NCBI RefSeq assembly: GCF_001194135.2
Contig: NC_068987.1
Span: 75,781,977 to 75,845,976 of the forward strand
DNA: 64,000 nucleotides
Direction of reading: 5' to 3'
Source of the DNA: Octopus bimaculoides
Taxonomy: Eukaryota
Positions 48,490-61,727 of the stretch are shown piece after piece. Made by a program: the position numbers and the translations under genes. Every line of letters begins with the position of its first letter. Position 1 is the first letter of the stretch. The notes below the pieces were generated by a model. It saw nothing but the letters and a program-made list of their open reading frames with translations, was not told where the DNA came from and ran no database searches.

Positions 48490-49330
48490 TTTGTTAAATT
48501 CTTAGTTTCCTATTCTTTGTCTCTCCAAATAATATCAAGTATTTGAGAAGTCTTCTCATTTATTACATTATGGAAATTTGTCATTAGCAAAGCGTTGAAC
48601 AATGATAATAGATTTCGTATGTGTATTTCGTGTGCAAGATTCTTGATGTGGATGCGTGTGTTTATTACCGGCATAATGCCTCTCCCAAGGTTTAATTGTA
48701 ATAATAATAGAGATTGGTGGAATGGGTCCATAAATATCCTCTCTGGTCTTAGCTCATGCCATGAAGTGTTTTGAGCCCGTAGGAGAAGCCTTGCGTACCT
48801 ATCATCGAAACAATCTTAATGCTTCTTTCCGTCATGTTTTAGATCGATACAGAAGAACGCTCTCTACTCAAGTCCTCAAAATTGAGAGCGTAGGTAATTT
48901 TTAAATACGTGATTGCCAGATATTTTGACGCTCGTTACAGGCACTATATGCTCGTTCTTTGCCTGTAAGGAAGTAAAGAGGTCTTTCTTAGCAACAATGG
49001 CACTTGAAGTTATGATCTCTTTGAGTAGTGTGTCATGATGAGAAAAGAAGTTTCATTTATAGTCATGTCTTCAGTCTTCCTTTCACTGAGAAACAGTTCC
49101 ACTTGGATTGTAGTCTTCTCAAGAACTAAGAAGTCTTGATAAGATTTTAGGGCAAGTCAAGGTCAGACAGACACACACATTAGTAACACAAGCATTATTA
49201 ACATCTACATTGTTTATACTTGATAGTAAGGCCTTTGTCTTGGCCGGGATCAAGACATTGCTTAGAGACGTCACTACAATCTCTAAGTGAAAAGGAGCTA
49301 AGGTGAATCCCTGAACAATACTTTCTGAAA
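48490..49330 (-). mobile_element. Decayed RTE-clade LINE (RT core to C-terminus)
   Basis: IVQGFTLAPF (cf. VLQGDTLAPF), LSDLD, AYSACN..IWQS..VESVLLYRSKT (cf. VESILLYGSETW), DIYGPIPPIS. Confidence 0.8.
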
Positions 49331-49835
49331 TTCTTTAGTTGGATCTCCTATCTATACAAAACTTGATTGGTTTTCGTACATGAAGGCGATGACAATTTTC
49401 ATCTGAGATACTATTGTTCCACTGATAAGGAACATGACCTTTTTCTTGGCACTGTCAAAATGTGTGTGCGTGTGCGTGTATATATATATATATATATATA
49501 TATNNNNNNNNNNNNNNNNNNNNNNNNNNNNNNNNNNNNNNNNNNNNNNNNNNNNNNNNNNNNNNNNNNNNNNNNNNNNNNNNNNNNNNNNNNNNNNNNN
49601 NNNNNNNNNNNNNNNNNNNNNNNNNNNNNNNNNNNNNNNNNNNNNNNNNNNNNNNNNNNNNNNNNNNNNNNNNNNNNNNNNNNNNNNNNNNNNNNNNNNN
49701 NNNNNNNNNNNNNNNNNTAATATATATTGTTCTGAAACATCAAAAAAACATCCATTCGAAGATGAATCCTCAGTGATGATTGCTCGATGATATCAACTGG
49801 AATCCTCGACTGCCTTATTTTCCAAGCCGATATCT

Positions 49836-49921
<86 letters not shown>

Positions 49922-49997
49922 TCTCTTTTCCTCTGTTCCATTTCTTAAGAAAACATTTACGGCACCTTATAAGTGAGAGAGAGAGACAGAGAGAGAC

Positions 49998-50029
<32 letters not shown>

Positions 50030-50762
50030 TGAGAGGTAAGAGAGGAGGGAGAACAAGTAACAGTGAGAATAAAAATGAGAAAGCTCTATCAACGTATATC
50101 CTCAATTTTGAAGTGTTTTTTTTTATTTGATTTCATGTGAAATATTTGTCCGTTATATAACTGAGCTGAAGTACACCTTGTACGTGTTTTCTCTATTATC
50201 AGCTTCATGAATTACATTGTTATATTGCTTTAACATACACTACAAAATTTCATTCATCCATTCACTAAATTGGAAAATTTACAGCACATGCAGCGTTCTT
50301 CCTAGGTGTAGTGCAGCTCATTCTAATGCACAGAGCTCTGTAGAGCTATTCTTCTTTTATTTATGACAACACTTCCTTTACATTTATGAAGTTGACTTTC
50401 TTTTAAAATTCATCTGACATTCACGATACCACTTACGGCGTTATTTATGGTTTTACTTTTATGACATTCCATTTATAGGATCAATTTATTTTACATGGTT
50501 GCCTTATAGGAGCTAATAAAGCATGTATAAGAGAATAGCGGCTCGATTTAATCATGCGCAATTTCAAAAATGTTAGTTCTTGTACCAATACTAACAGCTA
50601 GAGTTAAGTTACTCTTTTTTTTAGATCTTAAAATCAACTATTTTGACTTCCTTTCTTTCTAGGGTCGATAAAATAATTACCTGTCTTGTACTGGAGACGA
50701 TTAAATCAAATATTCCTTCTCTTTAAAAACTCTTTGACTTGTGTCAATATTAAAAAATCAAT

Positions 50763-50969
50763 AAGGAGGCGAGCTGGCAGAAACGTTAGCACTCCGGGCG
50801 AAATACTTACCGGTATTTCGTTTGTCTTTATGTTCTGAGTTCAAATTCCGCCGAGGTCGACTTTGCTTTTCATCCTTTCAGTGTCGATAAATTAAGTACC
50901 TACTGAGGTCGATCTAATTGACAGACCCCCTCCCTCAAAATTTCGGGCCTTGTGCCTAGAGTAGATAAG
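50763..50969 (+). mobile_element. SINE family A with ~16-bp TSD
   Basis: aatattaaaaa(a)tcaat at 50746-50762 and 50970-50985. Confidence 0.9.
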
Positions 50970-51966
50970 AATATTAAAAATCAATGTTAATGATACTGGT
51001 TTTTATATATTGAATAAAGCTAAATATTACATAAATCTATTTAGTTACGAGGACGACTGAGTGGTGAACTCAGTAGGACGGTGAACACAAGAGTATAATA
51101 CTTAATTATAACCTTTTACATCTTGAGTTCGGATTCCAGTGATGTCAACTCTTCCTTTGTTTCTTTTCTTCTTTTTTCCCCTCATATTCTTAATACAATC
51201 GATATTTGGACGATAAAGTCGGTAATATTTACTGAGTCGAGATTTTAACTCTGAATGTTGTCAGAAACTAATCTATTCACGCACGCTACTATGTCAGTTG
51301 CTTCGTTGTTCTCCGAAGCATGTCTCTAGTTATACTTGCCAAAATGATTAAAATAATATTAGTCACTGAGTTAATGTTATCTTTAACAAACTACATAATT
51401 ATTTTTAGCCTATATTTTTTATAATGTTTTCTACGTTAAAAATGTTAACCGTAACTAACTTAACTACACTTTATAACATTGGTCAATTACATCGTCACTA
51501 GACTAGAGCTGTGTAGGCATCTAATCGACTGAATAATAAGGTACTTACGTTGTATACCGCTGAGGTGTGAAAGGGATAGTTGCCATAGATGTGATTTGAA
51601 CTTAGATCTTTGACTGTTTCTGCCGCTCCACTACCTTTGTATGAGTTATAATAATAATGATATTTAACATAGGTACAAAGCCTCAAATTTTCGGAGAGTG
51701 ACGCAGTCGAATACATGGACTTATTGCTTGATTTTCTCTTATTCTGTCGACCAAGCCAAAATTTGGACCCGGAACATGAATATTTTTATAACATTGATTT
51801 CTAGCATTTGGCGCAAGACTTCAGAGCTTTATGGTGGATATAGCTAATTATACTGACTTCAGTAACTATTTCTTCATTTAACGATTGAGTATGGATAAAA
51901 GGTAATGTCGCCCGTGGCGTATGTTGAACGCGTAACGTAAATATTTCAATGATATTAAGAGCATTT

Positions 51967-52520
51967 AAAGGCGGCGAGTTGGCAGAAACGTTAGCGCGTT
52001 GGGCGAAATGCCTAGCGGTATTTCGTCTGTCTTTATGTTCTGAGTTCAAATTCCACCGAGGTCGACTTTGCCTTTCATCCTTTCGGGGTCGATAAATTAA
52101 GTAGCAGTTACGCACTGGGATCGATGTAATCGACTTAAGCCCTTTGTTTGTCCATGTTTGTTCCCTCTATGTTTAGCTCCGTGTGTGCAATAAAGAAATA
52201 AGAAACGTTAGCACGCCGAGTGAAATGCTTATTTCGTATGTCTATGTTCTGAGTTCAATTTCCGCTGAGGTCGACTTTGCCTTTCATCTTTTCGCGATGT
52301 GCCTAGAGTAGAAAAGGATATTCTTTTCTACTCTAGGCACAAGGCCCAGTAGAAAAGGACATTAATAGCATTTAAGATGGAGAGCTCGCAGAATCGTTAG
52401 CGTGCTGGGTAAAATGCTTATGATTTGAGTTCAAATTCCGCCAAGTCAACTTCGCCTTTCATCCTTCGGGGTCGATAAAATAAGTACCAGTTGAGTACTG
52501 GGCCTATAGCAAAACGGATA
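51967..52520 (+). mobile_element. Cluster of three SINE family A copies/partials with a tail-to-tail palindrome
   Basis: Heads at ~51968, ~52200 (truncated) and ~52376. Palindrome at 52299-52340. Confidence 0.85.
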
Positions 52521-53020
52521 TTAGCATTAGCAGACTCTGGATTGGCAGAAATGATAAAGTGGTGGATTATGTATCTAACAGTAATCAGACTTTGTATGTT
52601 TAATCTAAATTGAAACCCGATTGGTTTATTGTCACTGTTTAATCCTAGCTCATCTCGAACCTCTTTTTCTCTCTCAACTGTAGTGTCTCTTGAGTTACAT
52701 CATTTAATGTGTTCTTTTTTTTAAGACAGTGAAATATAACCTGGGGAAGATCTAGCTGCTGTTTCCAGCAAATCAAGTGACTGTTAAAGTGTTTCCTCGC
52801 ATCAGCAATATAATAGGATCTATTCAGTCTATTTTAATCGTACGTACCTTCATGAAGCAAAGAAAATCACAGAGAGGAATCTTTTCTTGGCAAAGCCTGA
52901 AAACAAGTCTGGCTTTTGGTAAAGTTTTAGCTATTTAGCATAAGTGTGAAGCTAATGACCTTCAGATATCTATCTATGAACTACTTCTTTGTAAGTTATC
53001 AAATATTAATAGATGTGTGT

Positions 53021-53070
<50 letters not shown>

Positions 53071-56000
53071 AAGAGAGGGGGAGAGAGAGAGGAAGAGAAA
53101 GAAATAGAGTGTTCAGTTTAGTCTGCGATAGATATCGATTCTTAGCTGTTTGACGTTTTGCTTCAGTTATGTAACTATTTTAGTTTGAAAATCTGTGAAT
53201 GTCTCACCTCAGATTGCTATGACCTATACATCTCAGACACACTGCTTAAGATGACCCTCTTAAGAAAAGAAGGAAACATCAGAACCATGTAAGAAATCTT
53301 ACAATTTGTCTTTAAAATGCAAAACGGGATGGGAGTCAACTAGATTTGACCTCGGTCTAAGCAGCAACAGCAGCGATGTTGATGACAGTGATGCATTCAT
53401 AACTTTGCCAGACGAAAATTTATTATATAAGTGAAAATATTTTAGATATCAAATTTATTGTAAGCACCGCTATTATACTAGAAGTGAAAGGTTCACGAGG
53501 AAAGATTTTAAGCAAAGCTTCGATATAATCGTTCATGTATTTTTCTCTGTTTGTTTTCGAACTAAACAGAACAGGAGGGGACACATGGGATGGAGAGTCG
53601 CTGAAGAGGTCACAGGATGTGTGATGAAAGATTTAGGACACTAAAATAAGAACAATAATAAAAATGAAGTGAAGAAGGAATATACAGTGCGTGTGTTCAT
53701 TTGGCAAAAACAATATTCGATATAATCCCCATTTGAAATTTCTATGTATTGTTCATAATTATCACCAGTAATCAACAGTAATGTACAACTGTCATAATCC
53801 TTTCTACTATAGGCAAAAGGCCTGAAGTTTTGAGGAAGGAAACTAGTTGTAGTTGCTTACATCGACCCCACTGCTCAAGTGGCACATATATTTTAACGAC
53901 CCCAAAAGATGAAAGGCAAATTCCACCCCGATGGAATGACTGACATAATTAACATCTCGTTTAAGAACCCTCGAGGAAGAGTGTATGTGTTTGCTCGATC
54001 TGACGAGAAACATCAACTAAACTTCGAATTACACGCTATAATCTTAAAGACGGTACAGAGCTATATTTGATAGGCATTGCCTGAGTATATGATGAGACTT
54101 TCACGGCTAGAATGCTTTTGATCATAAATCCACTTATCCAAAACTCACCTGAGAGCTAAATAACGACAGCCAAAACAAGAACAATATCTCTTAAAAGCTT
54201 CAGACATCATATATAATTATGTTTTTAAAAAAATCGTTAATAGATGCCAGAATTTCGTTACTTACTCCTTCCTCGCCTTTTTTACATAATGAAGCCTTCC
54301 CCGACCCCATCTAATGAAGCGTCCGCTTCTGCATTTTATTTCATTCTTCTTCTATCTCAAAATCTCATCAGCATGCATTCGTGTGAATGCATGGGAATGA
54401 ACATAAAACATATTTGCATATGTGGCTGCTCATGTTTCCAAGAGAAATTTCGCAAAACCATATTGCTGTTGCTGTCTTAATCTAATAATCTAATACATAC
54501 ATACACACATATATACATGCATGCATGCATTCATGCATACATATGTACATACGTACATATATATACACACACATATATATGTACACACACACGCGCACAT
54601 ATATACGTTTACATATACGAATGTGTACGCATGTGTGTATAAGCATTTATATATTTATATATATATATGTTTGTGTGTGTGTGTGTGTGTGTGTATAGAT
54701 ATATATTTGTGTGCATATATGTATATATGAGTGTATATGTGTGGGTACGAGTGTGTTAGTCAATGTTCATGTTGCTTTGTTTTTGATTTATTCATATGAC
54801 ACTAGATGTCACTACTTATCAACTTCCAGAAGCTTCTCAGCAGCTAAAATCGCATCATCTCATCTAAGTAATGACTGCAGATGTTCTTCTGCTTGCCAGA
54901 CAGAGAAAACTACATGAAAACAGGCGAAGCACTATCGTTATCACAATTACATCTACGAAAGTGAGGCAAATTCACGTATCTTTTCCACATTATAATATGC
55001 GTTTCTTCTTCATGCATATTTTCCATTTGCTTCTGTGTGTGGGTGGTAGTGGCAGTAGTGATGGCGTCTGTGAACGTATGTAAGCGTGCACGTATGAACT
55101 TCGTTAGTAAGAATAAAGCTATCTGTAACATATGTAAGTTTTGAGTCGTTTTTATTTTACTTACTCTCTGTCTTTTTTTTGTTTTTTTTCAAATGATTGT
55201 GGTTAAGTGCATATATCTGTGGTAATTACAGAGTTGCAACTAAACGAGTGGGTTGAATGTTCTGCTATCGCTTTGAATAGTAAATGGTTCGTATCTTGTT
55301 GATGGTTCTATGAGAGCATCTGTGTATGTAAATTCTTTCTCGAAGCACTTAACCCTTGTCGGTCGGTCTCCATCTAGAGCTCAAAATGTAGACCGTGGCG
55401 GCTGTAAAACTAATCGTTGTAAGTAGCGTTCTGATGATATGAAATGATTATGACTTGAACAGAGATGACTATCGGAGTAAACATGTTGCATTGAAGAAAA
55501 GCATTCAGTTGTGTCTTACCACAGTGTGTACTTTGAGACACACATGTGCATACATTATGAACAATCAAGCAAGAACTGTTGTATGGGACGTATGTTCCTA
55601 TTTGGTGATAATTAATTTGATATAAGTCAAGAACAATCTCAAGAAAGGTCTAAATATCAAAACGATGATTTCCACTTTTTCTGAAATATACAACAAATAA
55701 GGATAACGTACAAACAAAATGGCCGATAACTAGCTCATATGACACGATTTCACACACGCGGCAAGTATTTCAGTTTGTATTTGGGAAGATGTTATTATAC
55801 TGCTTCAGTATACCTACAGCTGTGACCACTTAGGAGCTCCCTCACAGATTCATCAAATAAATACCATATAACATATGAATGCAAAAGAAGTCAAGGCAAA
55901 CGCATGCGCGCGCGCACACACACACACACACTCACATACACACACATACATATACTGGTATCCTAACCAGGTGAGAATATTCATTTAATAATAATAAAAT

Positions 56001-56319
56001 TAGAATTATGTTCTAATCCGTACAAGTAATCCGAGGATTAAGAGACTTTTCAATTTATATTTAAAACAGGATTAAATTATATTCTACGTTGCAGGAAATT
56101 TTTTCTCTACTCAAATTCAGCCATAACAGCGCTAGGAGAAACAAATGGTATTAATACCATAAAAAAAAAACTTCATATATACATGTTAATGAGAGTAAAA
56201 ATGAATTGGCAAAAAATGCGGTAAAGAAGACGTCAATAAAAGAGCAAATAAAATGAAAGAAAATTAGATGAAAAGGGTATTCTAAACAGAGAAGAAAACG
56301 CCATCGTTATGCCCAGTAT

Positions 56320-56850
56320 TTGTGAGCCCTTAATTTAAAGAGATTTAGATCCTACTCTGTATGAAAATAATGGAGATATAGTTCTCTTAAAATTCAGCTG
56401 TCTAGAGAAAAATGCTTTATGTATGGAAATTGCAGCGTGCTTGAGAGATATTTTGGCAGGAAGCGCAGATGCAATTTATTAAATTTAGGTAAAGCTAGTT
56501 CTAACGGGAATTTCTCAGACTATTAGAATCATAGACTAAAGCTTGTCGCAATATTTTACGTGGAAGGACTTGCAGCATTCCGTCAAGGATAATGGTTAGA
56601 GTAACGAAAGAGCTCAATACTATTTAGTTTATACACTCTACTCTGCATTATTTTAAGAGTGGATGGTACATATTTGAAGAAATGCACCCAAGTGAGTGAG
56701 CAGTACTCCATTTGTAGATGGATTTTAGATCCCATAGAGATACAATGCGTCTTTAATTGCTTGATAATTTTTAAGAATGGTAGAACCATGTTAATGTTCT
56801 AGCGGCTACTCCGGCAACTGACGAAATATAGGAGTCTAATCTAAAACCAG
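56320..56850 (-). mobile_element. Decayed Jockey/CR1-group LINE RT C-terminal region
   Basis: YISSVAGVAARTLTWF, LQMEYCSLTW (cf. RP.MEYCS.VW), MQSRVYKL, RNAAS, FFSR motifs in the expected order. Confidence 0.6.
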
Positions 56851-58973
56851 GTGTAAATTTAAAACCAGAGAATTTGCCTCGACAAGGACAATCTTTCAAA
56901 GTAAATCTATCGCTCGAAATTGGGAATACGGTCATTTCACAATGGTAGTGGAAAGATATCAGGTTTGTCTTGGAAGTATTAAATATATCAGACCGACTGT
57001 GCTTCTATTACAGAATTTCAGTTATATCACTGAAAATGTCTGCCGTTAAGTTCAAGTGTGCCGCTTCCTTAGAATTGAGAATGTAAAGTGTAGCTCCGAA
57101 AAGTGAAATCATTGACACTATTTATTTTAGATAAACGAATAAAAATAATCGATTGGTTAATTTAATTACTAACTAACTGACTAATAATAATAATGATAAA
57201 AGTAGTGAAACTGATCGTGTGTGTATATTACTGGTATAATGACTCTCCCGAGATACAACAAAACTGAAATAAAAAATATATATATTGGATGTTTTGATTG
57301 TAGAAGCATTTTAGATAAGAGCTTTCCGGTGAAATACTGGTTTTTGGTTTAGTATGATAGAAATTTATATAAAACTCAGGTTTTTGATTAATTGCTCATT
57401 TGTTTTGTTTCAACTCAGGTTCATTTCTCACGACATGCGTAGAATGAACAATGTGACTGAGCAATAAAAACTTAACAACTAGCAGACCAAAGAATTGACC
57501 GGTGAAGTTTTGTTTAGTTTGTGCTTTTCAGGGTTGCGAGAAAAATATTTTAATAATAAATCCTTTGGATCAATCCTTTGGTCAATTCTTAATTTTCCTT
57601 TAAGTGTAAAACTGGTTTCAAATTTTGGCTCAAAGCCATCAGTTTCGAAGGAGGAGGTACCTCGATTACATCGACCATAGTGCTCAACTCATACCTATTT
57701 TATTGGCAGCATTTGAAAAAAAAGATGGGGTAAATGCTGCGAAGCATTTACCTCTTTATCGACCCTCAAAAGGGTGAAAAGAAAAGTCGGCTTCGACGTG
57801 ATTTGATATCAGAGCACAGAGAATCGGAACAAATATTGTAAGACATTCTAACCAACACGACTCAGCCAATTTATCACCTTGCCCTACATTACATCACACT
57901 CCCCCCCCCCTGTTATGGGGGGGGGGGGGGGGCAAAAAAGTTTAATTTGATAGGAAACATAAAAATGTTCAAACTTATAAAATCTAATTAATACAATGAT
58001 CAAATATTAACAACGATCCCGTAACATATTACAGCTCAACAAAATACAAAATACGATAGCGAAATATTAATTACTAAAACCATCGCTGTTAATTCAAGAA
58101 ACCTCTAAAGAAAGAAAATAAATAATAAAATGCATGAGTTATAATGACAAATGAAAAATATCTGTTTATACTCAGGCATAAGCTAGCATTATGTGATCAT
58201 GTTAGACATTCTCCTGGTGAAAGAAAAAGTAATTCTAAAACTCTAAAACAAACTTATTAATTATATAAAACTTCAGATTCATGTAAACGAAGATAAGAAA
58301 TATAATGAATCTATACAATGCCTTCTCCCTTTGTTAATTTTAAAAACTATTATCAACCCTTTCAATATAACAGAAACGACCTAAATAGAACGGGTGTATA
58401 TAAAAAAAAAAGACATAAAGACTGATTTGTGCATAGATAATCCAAGATTGATATAGTAAATAATAAAAAACTAAAAATAAACGTAAATCTATTACAAAAA
58501 ATACTCCTTATATGTGTGACAAGAATGAAAAGAAGGAATCAATACGTACAGACACACATATATACACACATATACACGTAAGTATACATGTGCGTGAATG
58601 AGTATACGAATACTTAGATACATACTACATATACATAGACACACACACACACACATTATATATATGCGCGTAGATAAATGCATACGTAAGAGGTTTAAAA
58701 CAAAAGAATTACACACTGTTGTACACATATGTGTGATAACGCACATACATCCACATACGATATCATTCATGCATGCGTGTTTGTGCGTGCGCGTATGTGT
58801 CTGTGTGAGTATGTATAAAAGTATGCCATTACTTGCACATTCACACGCACGCGCACAGACACACGCACGCGCACAGACACACACACATTTACATACATGT
58901 TTGTGCATATGTATTTTCGTAAGTATATATATATATACGTGAGGGTGTGTGAGTGTGTGTGTGCTCATCTATG

Positions 58974-59061
<88 letters not shown>

Positions 59062-59175
59062 AACATGCACACTTGTGTGTATGTACGCATATGCAAATGC
59101 ATAAGCATATAGAATGAATATCACCACACACGAATACCATAATTTACAGAAAGCATTCTCGAAGAACATTCACGC

Positions 59176-59223
<48 letters not shown>

Positions 59224-59844
59224 GCGAGGACAATGAGGCATTCACAGAGTGGCGTAGAGATTAAACTACACACATTCTACATACACGCACATATGCATAC
59301 ATGTGCAATATTTGATATGTACACGTTGCACGTGTCAATGTAAGAACTACGTGGACTGACAGATGATTCCCATCATAGCCAATTACACTGGCGCATATGA
59401 TGCATTTGTGTGTGCATGTAAATATATTTGTACATATTTGTATATACAGACATATACATGCGTGTGTATATATGCGTGTTTCATGTTTATGCCTGTGAAT
59501 GCATGCATATATTTATATATGCTAAGTGTGCATATACAGTTATGTGAGTGATTGCGTGTGTTTACTCATATAATAATTTTCGTGTATTTGTGATTGTGTA
59601 TGTGCGCTTCTTTAAGTATCTGTACATATTACTTCTTTCTTTTTCTTTCTTTCTTTCTTTCTTTCTCTCTCTCTCACACACACACTCTTCTCTCTCTTAC
59701 ACACATACGCTCTCTGTCTCTGTCTATCTGTCTGTCTCTATCTATCTGTGTGTCTCTGTCTATCTGTCTGTCTCTGTGTATCTGTCTGTCTCTGTCTATC
59801 TGTTTTTCTCTGACTATCTGTCTGTCTCTCTCTCTCTCTATAGG

Positions 59845-59887
<43 letters not shown>

Positions 59888-60241
59888 CGTTTATAGTCCC
59901 TGTCAGTATATATGTATACAATTACGTGCTTTGACTACATTATTAGAGCATTTTAGCTCTTATTTCTAGCAATGCAGGTGTTTCTAACACCCTATTAATA
60001 TTTAGAGACAGTTATAGTTTTCGATTGGGTTAAACATTGCACACTACTGCCTGTATTAGTTTATATATATAATGCGTGAAAAAATGTATGGTAAATAAAC
60101 AGACGACATAACGCACACTGAATGTACAGCCAGATAGGAGACAAACACAGAAGGTCCCTAATTCTTCATCAGTTATCAACCAGTTGGTAATACTTAGTTT
60201 CGCGAATTCATGTTAGTTTATGTAAATATATATATATATAT

Positions 60242-60289
<48 letters not shown>

Positions 60290-60747
60290 NNNNNNNNNNN
60301 NNNNNNNNNNNNNNNNNNNNNNNNNNNNNNNNNNNNNNNNNNNNNNNNNNNNNNNNNNNNNNNNNNNNNNNNNNNNNNNNNNNNNNNNNNNNNNNNNNNN
60401 NNNNNCCCCCCCCCCCAAAAAAAAACAGTGATTTTTAACTCACATCATTCAATTATTAAACATTCATAATTGGAATGAATAAATAAAATTGAATATTAAG
60501 TATTTATGGAATTTTGATTTACTCTCGGCTTAATTTGGCCAACCACATATATGTATATGCATGTGTGTGTGTGTATATATATATATATATTGGTTTATGT
60601 ATATATTAATATTATCTCGGTTGAAAAAACTTCAATAATGAAAATATGTTAATGGTTACCAGGGTAGCAAAAAACACAAAAACTGGGATATCATACCCGA
60701 TTAATAGGTAGAAATACCAAGTTAAAGTGATGTATTTTGAGTAGATA

Positions 60748-61001
60748 TGAAGAATAATAATAAATGGAGCAAAACGCATATAAACAATAAGTTCCTTTAA
60801 TTCCTACATATGTTTCAAAATATATGTGCATCTGCTCCAAAGAAGTAAGAGGTGCTGGAATTGCACATAAATTCATCTTCAGGGAACCATCTTCCAGCAC
60901 CTCTTACTTCTTTGGAGTAGAGTGCACATATATTTTGAAACATATGTAGGAATTAAAGGAACTTATTGATTATACGCGTTTTGCTCCATTTATTATTATT
61001 C

Positions 61002-61005
<4 letters not shown>
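60748..61005. repeat. Near-perfect inverted repeat (arms 60748-60860 and 60892-61005, 31-nt spacer)
   Basis: Arms differ by only ~3-4 substitutions and one 1-nt indel. Confidence 0.97.
60799..60888 (-). ncRNA. Complete type I hammerhead ribozyme with canonical core
   Basis: GGTTCC CTGAAGA [tGAATtTATGTGCA ... TGCACATAtATTTt] GAAA CATATG TA GGAATT. Canonical CUGANGA/GAAA, perfect palindromic stem III ACATATGT, GUA triplet, 6-bp stem I, ~12-bp stem II. Confidence 0.85.
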
Positions 61006-61080
<75 letters not shown>

Positions 61081-61364
61081 ACATGATGAATGGACAGGGA
61101 TGAAGTAACCAGGCGTCGGAAACACTTAAACCAAATATATTGCATGATTGACTGTAGAAATAAAAAAAATATGCTCATGTACTAAACTCCGTACTCATTG
61201 TGTGTGACGTTTGTACGTGCGTGTACGTGTGTACGTGCTCCAGACTACGAGTGTATGTGCGTTTGTATTTCAATATCTTCTAACGGTTATATGTAATAAA
61301 TTTTTGCTTTATTGTATGTTTCTTTCGTGCGAAAGAGTTTATTTTAACGCGATACTGCTTTAAA

Positions 61365-61470
61365 ATCACCTGAGGAGACACATCTGCACCGAACGAGGCA
61401 ACTTAGCCAGTTGTACACTATCCTACCCGCGTGGAATCGATGCTAGATGGATAGAAACCATTGTAGCGAT
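61365..61470 (+). ncRNA. Type I hammerhead-like motif followed by AATAAA
   Basis: atcac CTGAGGA gacaCATCT-GCA ... TGCtAGATGgata GAAA CCATTG TA gcgat. Canonical core, stem I 4/5 pairs, stem III one change from palindrome ACAATTGT. Confidence 0.55.
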
Positions 61471-61664
61471 CAATAAAGATAGAAAAAAAAAATAGTTGTG
61501 ATGCATCAACCTGCGTGTAGTGCTATTTGTAACTCCACTAAAATTTATATGTATACATACATATATANNNNNNNNNNNNNNNNNNNNNNNNNNNNNNNNN
61601 NNNNNNNNNNNNNNNNNNNNNNNNNNNNNNNNNNNNNNNNNNNNNNNNNNNNNNNNNNNNNNNN

Positions 61665-61701
<37 letters not shown>

Positions 61702-61727
61702 TATATGTGTGTCTGTATCTGTGTGTA

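Noticed and set aside
48510-48760. DIYGPIP initially read as a retroviral integrase motif
   Set aside because: Flanking motifs (QGxTLAPF, SACN, VESxLLY) show it is an RTE LINE C-terminus.
54780-54966. Exon-like segment ending in aaa|GTGAGG
   Set aside because: No frame is open from the plausible acceptors and the short peptide is not recognisable.
55430-55490. TGATGA C-box-like motif (possible C/D snoRNA)
   Set aside because: No D box or terminal stem at a suitable distance.
60140-60175. Minus-strand CTGATGA followed by AGAA/TTCT stem
   Set aside because: No GAAA or stem III follows.
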